Assembly (NCBI GenBank): GCA_965205485.1 | Contig: OZ242180.1 | Location: 3,968,001 to 4,032,000 of the forward strand | Direction: 5' to 3' | Source: Candidatus Latescibacterota bacterium | Lineage (GTDB): Bacteria; Latescibacterota; UBA2968; GCA-2709665 | Length of the DNA stretch: 64,000 nt | In this document: positions 1 through 8,607 of the stretch, in pieces | Position numbering within the stretch: the stretch's first letter is position 1 | Layout: each line of letters begins with the position of its first letter | The notes under the pieces: generated by a model | Seen by the model: the letters and a program-made list of their open reading frames with translations, nothing else | Databases searched by the model: none | What the model was told of the DNA's origin: nothing | Program-made: the position numbers and the translations under genes

Positions 1-2369
1 CCCGGGCGCTTTGCCGTCTGGCCGTACCCGAGGGAGGGTCCCGGTGCTGCATTCGTCAGCAAGGTATCGGAAAACGGAGCCGAGGAGAGCAGCGCCGAGT
101 TGTCCGGCGCCACGACCCTTGCGCCAGCGCCCACGAGCCGGCGGACGAGGATCGCAAACGACGCCGAGGCTGCGTCATTGACCCTGCCCCCGGTCAGGAT
201 GCCGACCGACAGCGCCGCCGGATCGGACTCTCCGTAAACCGGCGGACGATCTCGTTTCATGCGTCCGGCGAACCAGGTTTCCACGTTGCGAAGCGCGCGT
301 TCGAGCCCTCCATCGAGCTGGATGCTGCACCACCCGAAGCGGGCGGGGTCGATGCCTTCGCGTTCAAGTTGGTGCCTGAGATAGTCGTTGTGGGTTTTTT
401 CACAACCGTGTTCCAGCAGCAGCGCGTGCCTTACCAGGGGGTGGGTGAGATAGCCGAGCATGGTTCGGGAATACATCTTCTCGGTCGCGTCGCCCGCCAC
501 ACCGCAGCCCTCGGTATGTACGAGTGCGACGAACCGTGAGATACCCCGGCCTTTTCCGACCTCGTTCCGCTCCAGGCGTTCTGCGGCCATCCTTGCGATC
601 TGGCCCGCGCAGAGGCTGGTCGGCAGGATCAGGCCGACCTGGTCCGTGGCGATGCCCGTCGCGGTCACGATGCCGCGGAATTCGCCTCGCAGCGCATCAT
701 GTCTTGTGCACGTGTCCATGGGCTTCCCGGAGGGCAACGGGAGCGCCCGGAGACCTTCGACGTTGCCAGGGTCGGTCTGTCGCCAGTTCCGCCAGATGGA
801 TATCTGGGAGTGTCCCGCCCGTTCGCCTTTGCTCCTTATGCCGGAAGCGACGTCAACCGTGAGATCCGTCATCCGCATCCCAAGCGTGTCCAGCGGAGTT
901 CCGTCCAGATAGGCGCCCGCATTGACGTCCATTTCGTTCTCGAGGAGTTCGTACCGGCTCGTCGTCGTAATGACCTTCAGGGTGGGAACGAAGGGAAAAT
1001 TGGTGATGGAGCCGTTACCGGTTATGAAGAAAATCAGGTTACATCCCGACGCGACCTGTCCGGCAATGCTCTCAAGATCGTTCCCGGGACTGTCCATGAA
1101 GTAAAATCCGGGTTCGTGCATGGGTTCGCCGTACTCCAGGACCCCGTCGAGGCGAACCTGCGGATGGCGCTTCATGGCTGCGCCGATGGATTTCAGCACG
1201 ATGTTGTAGATGCCCCGGAACTTGTTGCCCCCTGAAGGATTGCCTTCGGCGGTCGCTCCATGACACGCCGCGAAATCCTTGTAGGCTTCCACGCGGTCCA
1301 GAAAGCGGCGGGCCGTATTGAGATCCTTGACGTTCTGCAAAACGTAGGGTTCCGCGCCAATCAGCTCGTCCGTTTCCGCCAGATTTGCCGAGCCGCCGTG
1401 CCGGATGATCTGACGCGCGACCCATGACGCCAGCGGGTTACCCGACACACCGGAAAAGGCGTCCGATCCCCCGCATTGCAGCGCGATCTTGAGACCGGAA
1501 ACGGAAGAATGTCTTCGGGCTGTCCGGTTGACTTCCGGCAGCCACCCCGCGACGACGTCCCGTGCCCGGTCGAGGTTATCTTCAAAACCGCCGCGCAGGG
1601 TTAGAAAGCGGTGGGGGACGTCGAAGAGGGGAGCGTTGTTTTCCGACATGTATGCGTGCAGCATGGCATTTGTCAGCGGCTCCGTACCGTAGTCGACCGC
1701 AAGGGCGGCGCCCACGTTGGGGTGTACCATAAAACCCGCAAGTGTTCTCAGAAGATGGTCAAGGTTGTTTGGCGTGGTCCGCCCGCCTCCTTCGGTGTGC
1801 GCGACGGCAACGATTCCGTCAATGTTTGGATAGGCGTCGGAAGCACCGTCCAATTGTCGTTCCAATCGCTTTACGAAGCTTCCCGTACGGGACGTGGTGC
1901 CCAGGATCAGGACATAGTTCCGGGTACCAACCCCCCTCGCGGCGCACCGGGCGTATCCTTCGAAGGTACGGATTCCCTTGACCGGAGGGACCTGATCGCC
2001 GGGGCGGAACGAATCCTCATTCAAACGGTAGGGCTGGATGTGGTCTCTGAAATTGGGTTCGACCGGCAGTTGAAAGTCCAGGTTGCGGAGGCTGAGCGCT
2101 TCCAGCATGCCGGCATTACAGACATAGTCGCCCGGGGAAATGTCCCTCGATGCGACGCCGAACGGAAGATTCCAGGAAAGGAGGGACTCGCCGGCGTGAA
2201 TGGGCGCCACGGCAAACCGGTGGCCCTCGAGTATGGCCGTATCCAGGCGAAGAACAGGGCCGTGGGTGCGGAAACGGACGCCCGCCTCCAGATTCCGCGT
2301 CGCGATGGCGACGTTGTCACCGGGTTGCGGCAGTCTGGCGACGTCCTCAAAGTCGAATATTTCCGACAT
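1..2369 (-). CDS. UxaA-family (altronate/galactarate dehydratase-like) hydrolase, long form, truncated at window start
   Basis: Own translation from ATG at 2369 (MSEIFDFEDVARLPQPGDNVAIATRNLEAG...): SAF-like N-terminus, GVGTRN, HTEGGG, HPNVG, LQCGGSDAFSGVSGNP, GNPSGGN, KSIGA, TGNGS. Missing from the ORF track because there is no stop inside the window. Confidence 0.85.
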   Translation of the reverse strand, partial: MSEIFDFEDVARLPQPGDNVAIATRNLEAGVRFRTHGPVLRLDTAILEGHRFAVAPIHAGESLLSWNLPFGVASRDISPGDYVCNAGMLEALSLRNLDFQLPVEPNFRDHIQPYRLNEDSFRPGDQVPPVKGIRTFEGYARCAARGVGTRNYVLILGTTSRTGSFVKRLERQLDGASDAYPNIDGIVAVAHTEGGGRTTPNNLDHLLRTLAGFMVHPNVGAALAVDYGTEPLTNAMLHAYMSENNAPLFDVPHRFLTLRGGFEDNLDRARDVVAGWLPEVNRTARRHSSVSGLKIALQCGGSDAFSGVSGNPLASWVARQIIRHGGSANLAETDELIGAEPYVLQNVKDLNTARRFLDRVEAYKDFAACHGATAEGNPSGGNKFRGIYNIVLKSIGAAMKRHPQVRLDGVLEYGEPMHEPGFYFMDSPGNDLESIAGQVASGCNLIFFITGNGSITNFPFVPTLKVITTTSRYELLENEMDVNAGAYLDGTPLDTLGMRMTDLTVDVASGIRSKGERAGHSQISIWRNWRQTDPGNVEGLRALPLPSGKPMDTCTRHDALRGEFRGIVTATGIATDQVGLILPTSLCAGQIARMAAERLERNEVGKGRGISRFVALVHTEGCGVAGDATEKMYSRTMLGYLTHPLVRHALLLEHGCEKTHNDYLRHQLEREGIDPARFGWCSIQLDGGLERALRNVETWFAGRMKRDRPPVYGESDPAALSVGILTGGRVNDAASASFAILVRRLVGAGARVVAPDNSALLSSAPFSDTLLTNAAPGPSLGYGQTAKRP

Positions 2370-2494
2370 TGACAGACTCCTTGAAGTGTATCTCGCCTCG
2401 CTTTCATGGCGGCACGGTTCCGGGAGGTATACGAAATTGGTGACCAAAAGTCAAGCAGCGACGCCGTCGACGCCGGATTGTCGGCAAATTTCGC

Positions 2495-2553
2495 TTGACA
2501 TGGCGCCTGCTTGTTGATTAAATTTATAACGTATGTTTTATTTGTAAAACATA
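2495..2553 (+). promoter_or_regulatory. Sigma70-like promoter with palindromic DtxR/MntR-type operator TATGTTTTA-tttg-TAAAACATA
   Basis: TTGACA 2495-2500, AT-rich -10 region about 17 bp downstream, perfect 9-bp inverted repeat 2532-2553, upstream of a DtxR-family gene. Confidence 0.7.
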
Positions 2554-2573
2554 TGACTGGTTCAGAAGCCTGA

Positions 2574-2782
2574 GAAGTTGTTTTAAATTACCGGTGGGTT
2601 CCCGAGCACGAGCGAAAAAGTGCCGGTTATGAGGCGCGAGGGGCGCGCAGCGCCGACGGGAAAATCCGGCTATGAGAGGCGAGCAAGCGCAGCCTCGATC
2701 TCTTAAGACGGGTGGATTTAACCAACGCCGACCGGCGCTTTTGCAGCCGTGCGAAGACCGCTGGGAATTTTAAGACAGCTTC
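2574..2782 (+). mobile_element. MITE copy 1 (209 bp), TGA target-site duplication
   Basis: TIRs GAAGTTGTTTTAAATTACC...GGGAATTTTAAGACAGCTTC; TGA at 2571-2573 and 2783-2785; three more copies in the window. Confidence 0.85.
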
Positions 2783-2802
2783 TGAAGGTGGAAGGGGGAC
2801 CC

Positions 2803-3333
2803 GTGGCATCTTCCGATGTGTGGAAAACATTCGAAGAAAATGAGATCACGCACAGCGTCGCACATCACCTTCTCGCCATAAGAGAGCTCAAGGACCAGTA
2901 CGGATACGCCCGCGTGTCGGATGTCGCAAGATATCTGGACATTACGAGGGGCAGCGCGTCGCTGACATTAAAGGCGCTCCGACAGAAACAGTTCGTTCTG
3001 GAAGATCAGAACAAGTTCCTGCGGCTTTCCGAACGAGGTGCGCGATTAGTGGATCTGGTACTCGCCAAGCGCGCCATCGTTCGCAAATTCCTTAAGGACG
3101 TGCTGCACGTGGAAGGCCACCAGTCGGAAGTGGACGCGTGCAAGGTGGAACACCTGTTGAGCGAGGAAACCGGCGAGAAGCTGTTGAATTTCGTGAGATT
3201 CCTGCTGGCCGATACGCCGGTGGCAAGGGAGTTTCTGAACGCGTTCTGGCAGACCGGCGACTTCTGTCACGACGAGACCGATTGTCCGATCTGCGAAGAC
3301 GAGTGTCTTCTCAGAATCGGTGCCGGAGGTTAG
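2803..3333 (+). CDS. DtxR/MntR-family metal-dependent regulator with Cys-rich C-terminal tail
   Basis: GYARVSDVARYLDITRGSAS HTH, DACKVEH metal site, C-terminal CHDETDCPICEDEC; GTG start after GAAGGGGG. Confidence 0.88.
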   Translation: MASSDVWKTFEENEITHSVAHHLLAIRELKDQYGYARVSDVARYLDITRGSASLTLKALRQKQFVLEDQNKFLRLSERGARLVDLVLAKRAIVRKFLKDVLHVEGHQSEVDACKVEHLLSEETGEKLLNFVRFLLADTPVAREFLNAFWQTGDFCHDETDCPICEDECLLRIGAGG

Positions 3334-3435
3334 TCTCGCGGCGAAAAAAAGGATGGCAAAATGGTGGCGCGCCTCATGCAACTGGCCGCTCGTGGCGTTT
3401 GGCTTTCAAATGAACGGAAGAACCGGACCAGGAAG

Positions 3436-3663
3436 ATGTTCCGGGGATCGCTGGCCGGACTCGATGTGGGTGACGAAGGAACGGTGGAATCGGTGCAGGG
3501 GAATTCCCCCCTGGCCTCCCGGCTGCGGGAATTGGGAGTTGGTCCGGGTGTCAGGGTTCGATTGCTGCGCGCAGGTGGACGTTTGGTCGTGCAGGTTGAA
3601 GATGCCCGGTTCTGTTTGAGGATGCACGATGCGGTTGCCGTTAGGCTGAGTCCGATCACCTGA
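3436..3663 (+). CDS. feoA: Ferrous iron transport protein FeoA
   Basis: RLRELGVGPG...V.LLR FeoA/SH3 pattern directly before feoB; start uncertain (3361 or 3436). Confidence 0.85.
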   Translation: MFRGSLAGLDVGDEGTVESVQGNSPLASRLRELGVGPGVRVRLLRAGGRLVVQVEDARFCLRMHDAVAVRLSPIT

Positions 3664-3673
3664 GGTTCAACGC

Positions 3674-5908
3674 ATGGCCACGGAGTTGTCCGATGGACCG
3701 CGCACCGGCGTAGATCAGCGCTTTACAATCGCTCTGGTGGGTAATCCAAATACCGGTAAGACCACGCTTTTTAACGGTCTTACCGGTCTTTTTCAGCATG
3801 TCGGGAATTACCCCGGCGTGACCGTTGAGCGAAAAGTGGGGCGGCTGAGTTTGTCCGAAGACACGATCGCGGAGCTCGTCGACCTGCCGGGTACCTACAG
3901 TCTTGCCGCCCATGCCCCGGATGAGATGATCGTCGCCGACGTATTGCTCGGACGGCTGCCCCGCGAACGGGGAATAGACGCGGTACTGGCAATTGTCGAC
4001 GCATCGAATCTATACAGGAACCTTTACCTGGTTTCACAGGTGCTCGAACTCGGCCTGCCGGCAGTGGTTGCGCTGAATATGTCGGACGTGGCGGATGCAC
4101 GGGGCATACGCATCGATATTGAAACGCTCTCACGTTATCTGAGGGTTCCTGTGGTCAGGGTCTGTGCGAATCGACGACAGGGACTGGGAGACCTGCGCCG
4201 GGAATTGAGACGCCTGCCGCATGACGGGCGGCATCAGGGCTTATCGCTGCTGCCGGGATTTCCCGACGGATTTCCCGCTGCAGTCGATGCGGTCGCGTCG
4301 GAGTTGCAGTCGCAAAATGCGAGAAACGCGTCCGTGCGACGCGCAGAGGCGTTGAGGGCGATCGTCGACGAAGGAGGTTACGCGGAACGCCGGCTGATTG
4401 AGGCACGCGGTGACGATCTCCGGATGAAACTCGCGGATGCCAGGGGCAGGTTTTCCGCGGCATCAGGTTTGTCCGCTCTTGAATCGGAGGTGAGGTACAA
4501 CTGGATAAGGCGGGTGCTTGCGCAAAGTGTATCTCAACCTGAGGACCTGCAGAAAACGCATTCGGACCGCATCGACGGAGTAATTACGCACAGGATCTGG
4601 GGTACGCTCCTGTTCGTCGCTATAATGGGCGTGGTCTTCCAGGCCATCTATGCCTGGGCCGGCCCGCTGATGGATTGGGTTGATGATCTGTTCGCCGTGC
4701 TGTCCGGCTGGGTGGGCGGCTGGTTTCCGGAAGGGGCGCTGAAAAGCCTGGTTCAGGACGGCGTTATAGCGGGCGTGGGCGGTGTTGTCATTTTCTTGCC
4801 TCAGATCGCTATTCTCTTTTTCTTCATCGCTGTTCTGGAAGACTGCGGCTATATGGCCCGTGCGGCCCTGCTGATGGACAGGATCCTCACAAAGTGCGGT
4901 CTTTCCGGGCAGTCGTTTATCCCGATGTTGTCAAGCTTCGCGTGCGCGGTGCCTGGAATCATGGCGACACGGACCATTGAAGGCCGGCGGAACCGGCTGG
5001 TCACCATTATGGTGGCGCCGCTGATGAGTTGTTCTGCCCGATTGCCGGTCTACACCATCCTGATCGCCGCGTTTATCCCGGCGAGACCCATACTGGGGGA
5101 GTGGATTGGTCTGCAGGGGCTGACCCTTTTTGCGATGTACTGCGTGGGCGCGGCAGTTGCGGTTCCCGTGGCCTGGGTACTCAGGAAGACCCTGTTGAAG
5201 GGGGAAACAACCCCTTTCATTCTGGAGCTCCCATCGTATAAGGTACCGGACAAACGGACGGTCGGACTGAGGGTATATCAGAGTTCCAGGGCGTTTCTGG
5301 CGCGTGCGGGAAGTATCATCCTGGCTGCAACGATCGCGATGTGGGCGCTTGCTTACTTTCCCAGATCGGAAGAGACCCTTTCGGAATACGAACGCCATCG
5401 GCGAACGGCCGAAGCATCGCAGTCGGGCGTGGCGTTGCAGGAGACGCTGGAGGACCTTAACGCGCGGATGGCGGCGGAACTCCTCAATGAGAGTTTTCTG
5501 GGCCGGGCAGGACACTGGATAGAACCTGCGGTCAGACCGCTGGGCTGGGACTGGCGTATCGGAATGGCCACGCTCGCGTCCTTTCCCGCAAGGGAGGTGA
5601 TCATCGCGACACTTGGCACAATCTACAGCCTGGGCGGCGATACGGACGAGTCGTCGGACGACCTGCGCAGCGCGCTTCGCAACGCGACATGGGATGATGG
5701 ACGCTCCGTTTTCAATATCCCCGTCGCACTCTCGGTAATGGTCTTTTTCGCGCTGTGCGCGCAATGTGCATCGACGCTGGCCGTCATTCGCCGGGAGACG
5801 CAGTCCTGGAGATGGACGATTTTTACGTTTGTCTATATGACGCTATTGGCGTACGTCGCCGCGCTGGCGACCTATCAGGGCACGATGGCTCTGGGATGGG
5901 GGGGTTAG
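3674..5908 (+). CDS. feoB: Ferrous iron transport protein FeoB (full length)
   Basis: [31 protein letters not shown] GTPase motifs; TM domain with EDCGYMARAA, SSFACAVP, SCSARLP, CAQC. Confidence 0.97.
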   Translation: MATELSDGPRTGVDQRFTIALVGNPNTGKTTLFNGLTGLFQHVGNYPGVTVERKVGRLSLSEDTIAELVDLPGTYSLAAHAPDEMIVADVLLGRLPRERGIDAVLAIVDASNLYRNLYLVSQVLELGLPAVVALNMSDVADARGIRIDIETLSRYLRVPVVRVCANRRQGLGDLRRELRRLPHDGRHQGLSLLPGFPDGFPAAVDAVASELQSQNARNASVRRAEALRAIVDEGGYAERRLIEARGDDLRMKLADARGRFSAASGLSALESEVRYNWIRRVLAQSVSQPEDLQKTHSDRIDGVITHRIWGTLLFVAIMGVVFQAIYAWAGPLMDWVDDLFAVLSGWVGGWFPEGALKSLVQDGVIAGVGGVVIFLPQIAILFFFIAVLEDCGYMARAALLMDRILTKCGLSGQSFIPMLSSFACAVPGIMATRTIEGRRNRLVTIMVAPLMSCSARLPVYTILIAAFIPARPILGEWIGLQGLTLFAMYCVGAAVAVPVAWVLRKTLLKGETTPFILELPSYKVPDKRTVGLRVYQSSRAFLARAGSIILAATIAMWALAYFPRSEETLSEYERHRRTAEASQSGVALQETLEDLNARMAAELLNESFLGRAGHWIEPAVRPLGWDWRIGMATLASFPAREVIIATLGTIYSLGGDTDESSDDLRSALRNATWDDGRSVFNIPVALSVMVFFALCAQCASTLAVIRRETQSWRWTIFTFVYMTLLAYVAALATYQGTMALGWGG

Positions 5909-5909
5909 C

Positions 5910-6089
5910 GTGGATTGGCAGTCGGTAGTGGCGGTCGGCGTCGCGATCGCCTGTGGCATCTGGGCGGCATGGAAGTTCGTCCGTCCGTTCCTGACGGAAT
6001 CCGTCGGTTGCGCCTCGTGCGGAGGCGGACGCCGCCGTGATGCTTCGCAAAAATCACTCCTCGACATCGAAAAGCCGCCTTCGGCATGA
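5910..6089 (+). CDS. FeoB-associated Cys-rich small membrane protein (59 aa)
   Basis: Own translation: VDWQSVVAVGVAIACGIWAAWKFVRPFLTESVGCASCGGG...; one TM helix plus CASC, 1 bp after the feoB stop. Confidence 0.75.
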   Translation: MDWQSVVAVGVAIACGIWAAWKFVRPFLTESVGCASCGGGRRRDASQKSLLDIEKPPSA

Positions 6090-6305
6090 ACGTGGCTGCA
6101 TTTCGATCGAATTGACAACCCGCTGACCCGGAATCAACAGGGGCGCGGGTTTTTCTGTAGGCGGACGAGAAAATGCTTGCGCTCTCGTTGGAAATACCTT
6201 AATCTCATTTGCCGCTCAGGATCCGGTTCCCGTGTTGCCGGACGGTTTCGTATGCCCTTTTCGGGAAGGAATCGCGCGCTCGTCATAAAAAAGGGGGAGT
6301 ACATA

Positions 6306-6872
6306 GTGCGTTTTGTTCTTACGACTTCGATCGGCATCATCATCGGCATCTCTTTGTCCCATGCGCCTTCGGTCGATGCCAAAACGAAAAAGCTGGATGA
6401 CAAATCCCTCGCGATGGCCAAGCAGCTTGCCAAAGACCGGGAAGCGGCATTCTCCGGCGAAAGAGCCATGCCGCTGAACGAATTCCACCAGGGGTGGAAA
6501 CTGCTTGCGGCGCGCCTTGACGAATTGTATGCCGGCCACAAGGTGCGGGTCAACAAGGTAGGCGCTCACGTCCGGTTCAGGATGGGTTTCAGCCACCTGG
6601 CCTATATGGGCTTGAAGGTACACACCCGCGTCACGCCGCTGAGCCCTTCGCCGGGCGAACTGGTGGCAGGTTATCCCTTTCTTCAGGAATTGGTATTGGA
6701 CGGCAGTTTCTATCCGGACGGACAGAGATTTCCCCTGAAGATGAAGGAACTGCTTCAGGTTGAGCCGCAGATGGTTGCGGCGCTTCGTGAGTCCATCGAC
6801 GGTTGGGAAGAAAAATACCGGGAGCGGTTTGTAAAGGATTATCCCGTTAAATCGGCGAAAAAGATGGAGTGA
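6306..6872 (+). CDS. Hypothetical secreted protein
   Basis: GGGGGAG RBS before GTG, signal-peptide-like N-terminus ending VDA, downstream terminator. Confidence 0.7.
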   Translation: MRFVLTTSIGIIIGISLSHAPSVDAKTKKLDDKSLAMAKQLAKDREAAFSGERAMPLNEFHQGWKLLAARLDELYAGHKVRVNKVGAHVRFRMGFSHLAYMGLKVHTRVTPLSPSPGELVAGYPFLQELVLDGSFYPDGQRFPLKMKELLQVEPQMVAALRESIDGWEEKYRERFVKDYPVKSAKKME

Positions 6873-6903
6873 ATCTGAGACCCCATTTCGGATTAATCTA
6901 TTT

Positions 6904-6938
6904 AAAGAGGCGACACCGTTTTCGGCGTCGCCTCTTTT
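6904..6938. terminator. Bidirectional intrinsic terminator
   Basis: AAAGAGGCGAC-loop-GTCGCCTCTTTT between convergent genes. Confidence 0.8.
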
Positions 6939-7039
6939 GTCGTACTGATCGTACAGTCGGGACGGCATGGCGTTCGTTGCGCGCCTCTATCCGGATGCGG
7001 GCGCCGGCGCAATCCCGGTCTGCGGAACGGGAAGGACGT

Positions 7040-8146
7040 TCAAGGTACCAGCTCCGGCCTCACCTCCCGGTTCAGCGCCGGCATCAATTCTGTCGCGAAG
7101 AGTTCGAGACTGCGCAGCCAACTGTCTTTGTCGTCCCAGTCGTACGACATCATGACGAGCGTGCCGAAGTCTCCGACTTCCGCACGCAGGGACTCGAGAC
7201 GATCGACGACCGCGTCGACGTCGCCGGCGATGATCTGTTCGCCCATCAGATAATCCAGATTACAGTCCGCATCGGGCATATCAGGGTCGCGTTTGAACAT
7301 GCCGATGCCGCGGCCGCCGCGTTTGAGAAGTGAGCCGATGTATTCGAAGTTCGTTGCGACGGTATTTGATCTCGCACGCCGTACCGCTTCTTCCGTGGTA
7401 TCCGCCAGGAAGATCGCGCGTGCAATCTTGTAGTCGGAACGGTCCGGCCGTCGACCTGCCTCCATGGCAGACTGCTCGAATGTCGTCCAGATGTTCGCCA
7501 ATGTGCTCGATGGAATCAGGCTGTGACCGAACGGTTGGAAGCCGCGCCTCCCCGCCTCCCTTGCGGTTTCGGAGTTTATCGAACTGATCGGCATTGAAAT
7601 GGGCGGATGGGGTCGTTGGTATGGCTTGTGAATGACGCCGAGGCCGACCTCCGGATCGATCGTGCGTTCCAGCCTGATCTGCCAGAACCGGCCATCGATT
7701 GCGAAAGGCGCGTCGGATTGCCAGAGCGTCAGGATCATCTCGATCGATTCGGCGACCATTGCGGCGCTGTTCTGCGGGTCGACACCGAGGATCTCAAGGT
7801 CGGTCGGAACGCTGCCGGGTCCGAAACAGAGATTGAGTCGCCCCCTGGACAGGTGGTCGAGAAAGGACAGCCGGCTTGCGACCAGCGCGGGGTGGTGTTG
7901 CTGCAGGCAGACCGGTGCCGGCCCCAGCCGAATATTGCCGGTTTCCCGCAGCGCCGCCCCGATGAATATCTCCGGCATCGCGATGTTTTCGTAGACCATG
8001 GTGTGATGTTCGCCGATCCAGAATTCGTCGATACCCAGTTCGTCGGCACGAATGACGAGTTCCATGTCTTCATCGTGGCATTGACTGAGCGATTTTCCCG
8101 GCGGGTGGAACGGCATGATGAAGATGCCGGACTTGATTCGATTCAT
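7040..8146 (-). CDS. LLM-class (luciferase-like) flavin-dependent oxidoreductase
   Basis: GIFIMPFHPP, ADELG.DEFWIGEHH, LDHLSRGRLNL, PYQRPHPPI, ELFATELMP. Confidence 0.92.
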   Translation of the reverse strand: MNRIKSGIFIMPFHPPGKSLSQCHDEDMELVIRADELGIDEFWIGEHHTMVYENIAMPEIFIGAALRETGNIRLGPAPVCLQQHHPALVASRLSFLDHLSRGRLNLCFGPGSVPTDLEILGVDPQNSAAMVAESIEMILTLWQSDAPFAIDGRFWQIRLERTIDPEVGLGVIHKPYQRPHPPISMPISSINSETAREAGRRGFQPFGHSLIPSSTLANIWTTFEQSAMEAGRRPDRSDYKIARAIFLADTTEEAVRRARSNTVATNFEYIGSLLKRGGRGIGMFKRDPDMPDADCNLDYLMGEQIIAGDVDAVVDRLESLRAEVGDFGTLVMMSYDWDDKDSWLRSLELFATELMPALNREVRPELVP

Positions 8147-8518
8147 GGGCGCAGCCTTTCAGTATTTTAGGATTCATTACCCCTTGGAAGTCTCCGCGCC
8201 GGGCATCGGCGGTACATCGCGTTTGATCCGTTACGTAACAACCGTTGGCATTTTTCAGGCGTAGCCGCCAGGGTCATAAACGGCAGTCCGTGGTTCCTCA
8301 ATCCGGCGAATCTGACGAAATATCGACCTATCTTCCGGGTTGCGCAACGCCTTTCTTGTTACGGTCGGAGGTGGCGCCACAGATCCGGAGGTCAGCGTAA
8401 CGGTCGCAACGCTCCAGAATGGACTCAGGACGCGCAGGAGAGGATTGCGGAATCACCCGTCTAGCGATTGTATGGATTGGCATACCCACCCACCGGGGCT
8501 TCGAGAGCTGTTTTGTAC

Positions 8519-8563
8519 TTGACAATCGGGGCAGACCACTTTAAGTTTAGATACGCCTAAATT
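8519..8563 (+). promoter_or_regulatory. Sigma70-like promoter overlapped by MntR/DtxR-type box TTTAG-N6-CTAAA
   Basis: TTGACA 8519-8524, TAAGTT 17 bp later, palindrome AGTTTAGATACGCCTAAATT 8544-8563. Confidence 0.72.
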
Positions 8564-8607
8564 TTTTTTTATCTTTGGATAATCGGTATTGGCAGAAGGA
8601 AAACCGG

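Noticed and set aside
460..2517. Plus-strand ORFs in the track (for example 699-1235, 1611-2372)
   Set aside because: Antisense shadows of the minus-strand UxaA-family gene
2749..2802. ORF-track N-terminal extensions at 2749, 51552 and 53002, and short ORFs 2627-2830, 51165-51549, 52738-52986
   Set aside because: They run through or abut MITE sequence; better RBS/start pairs lie downstream
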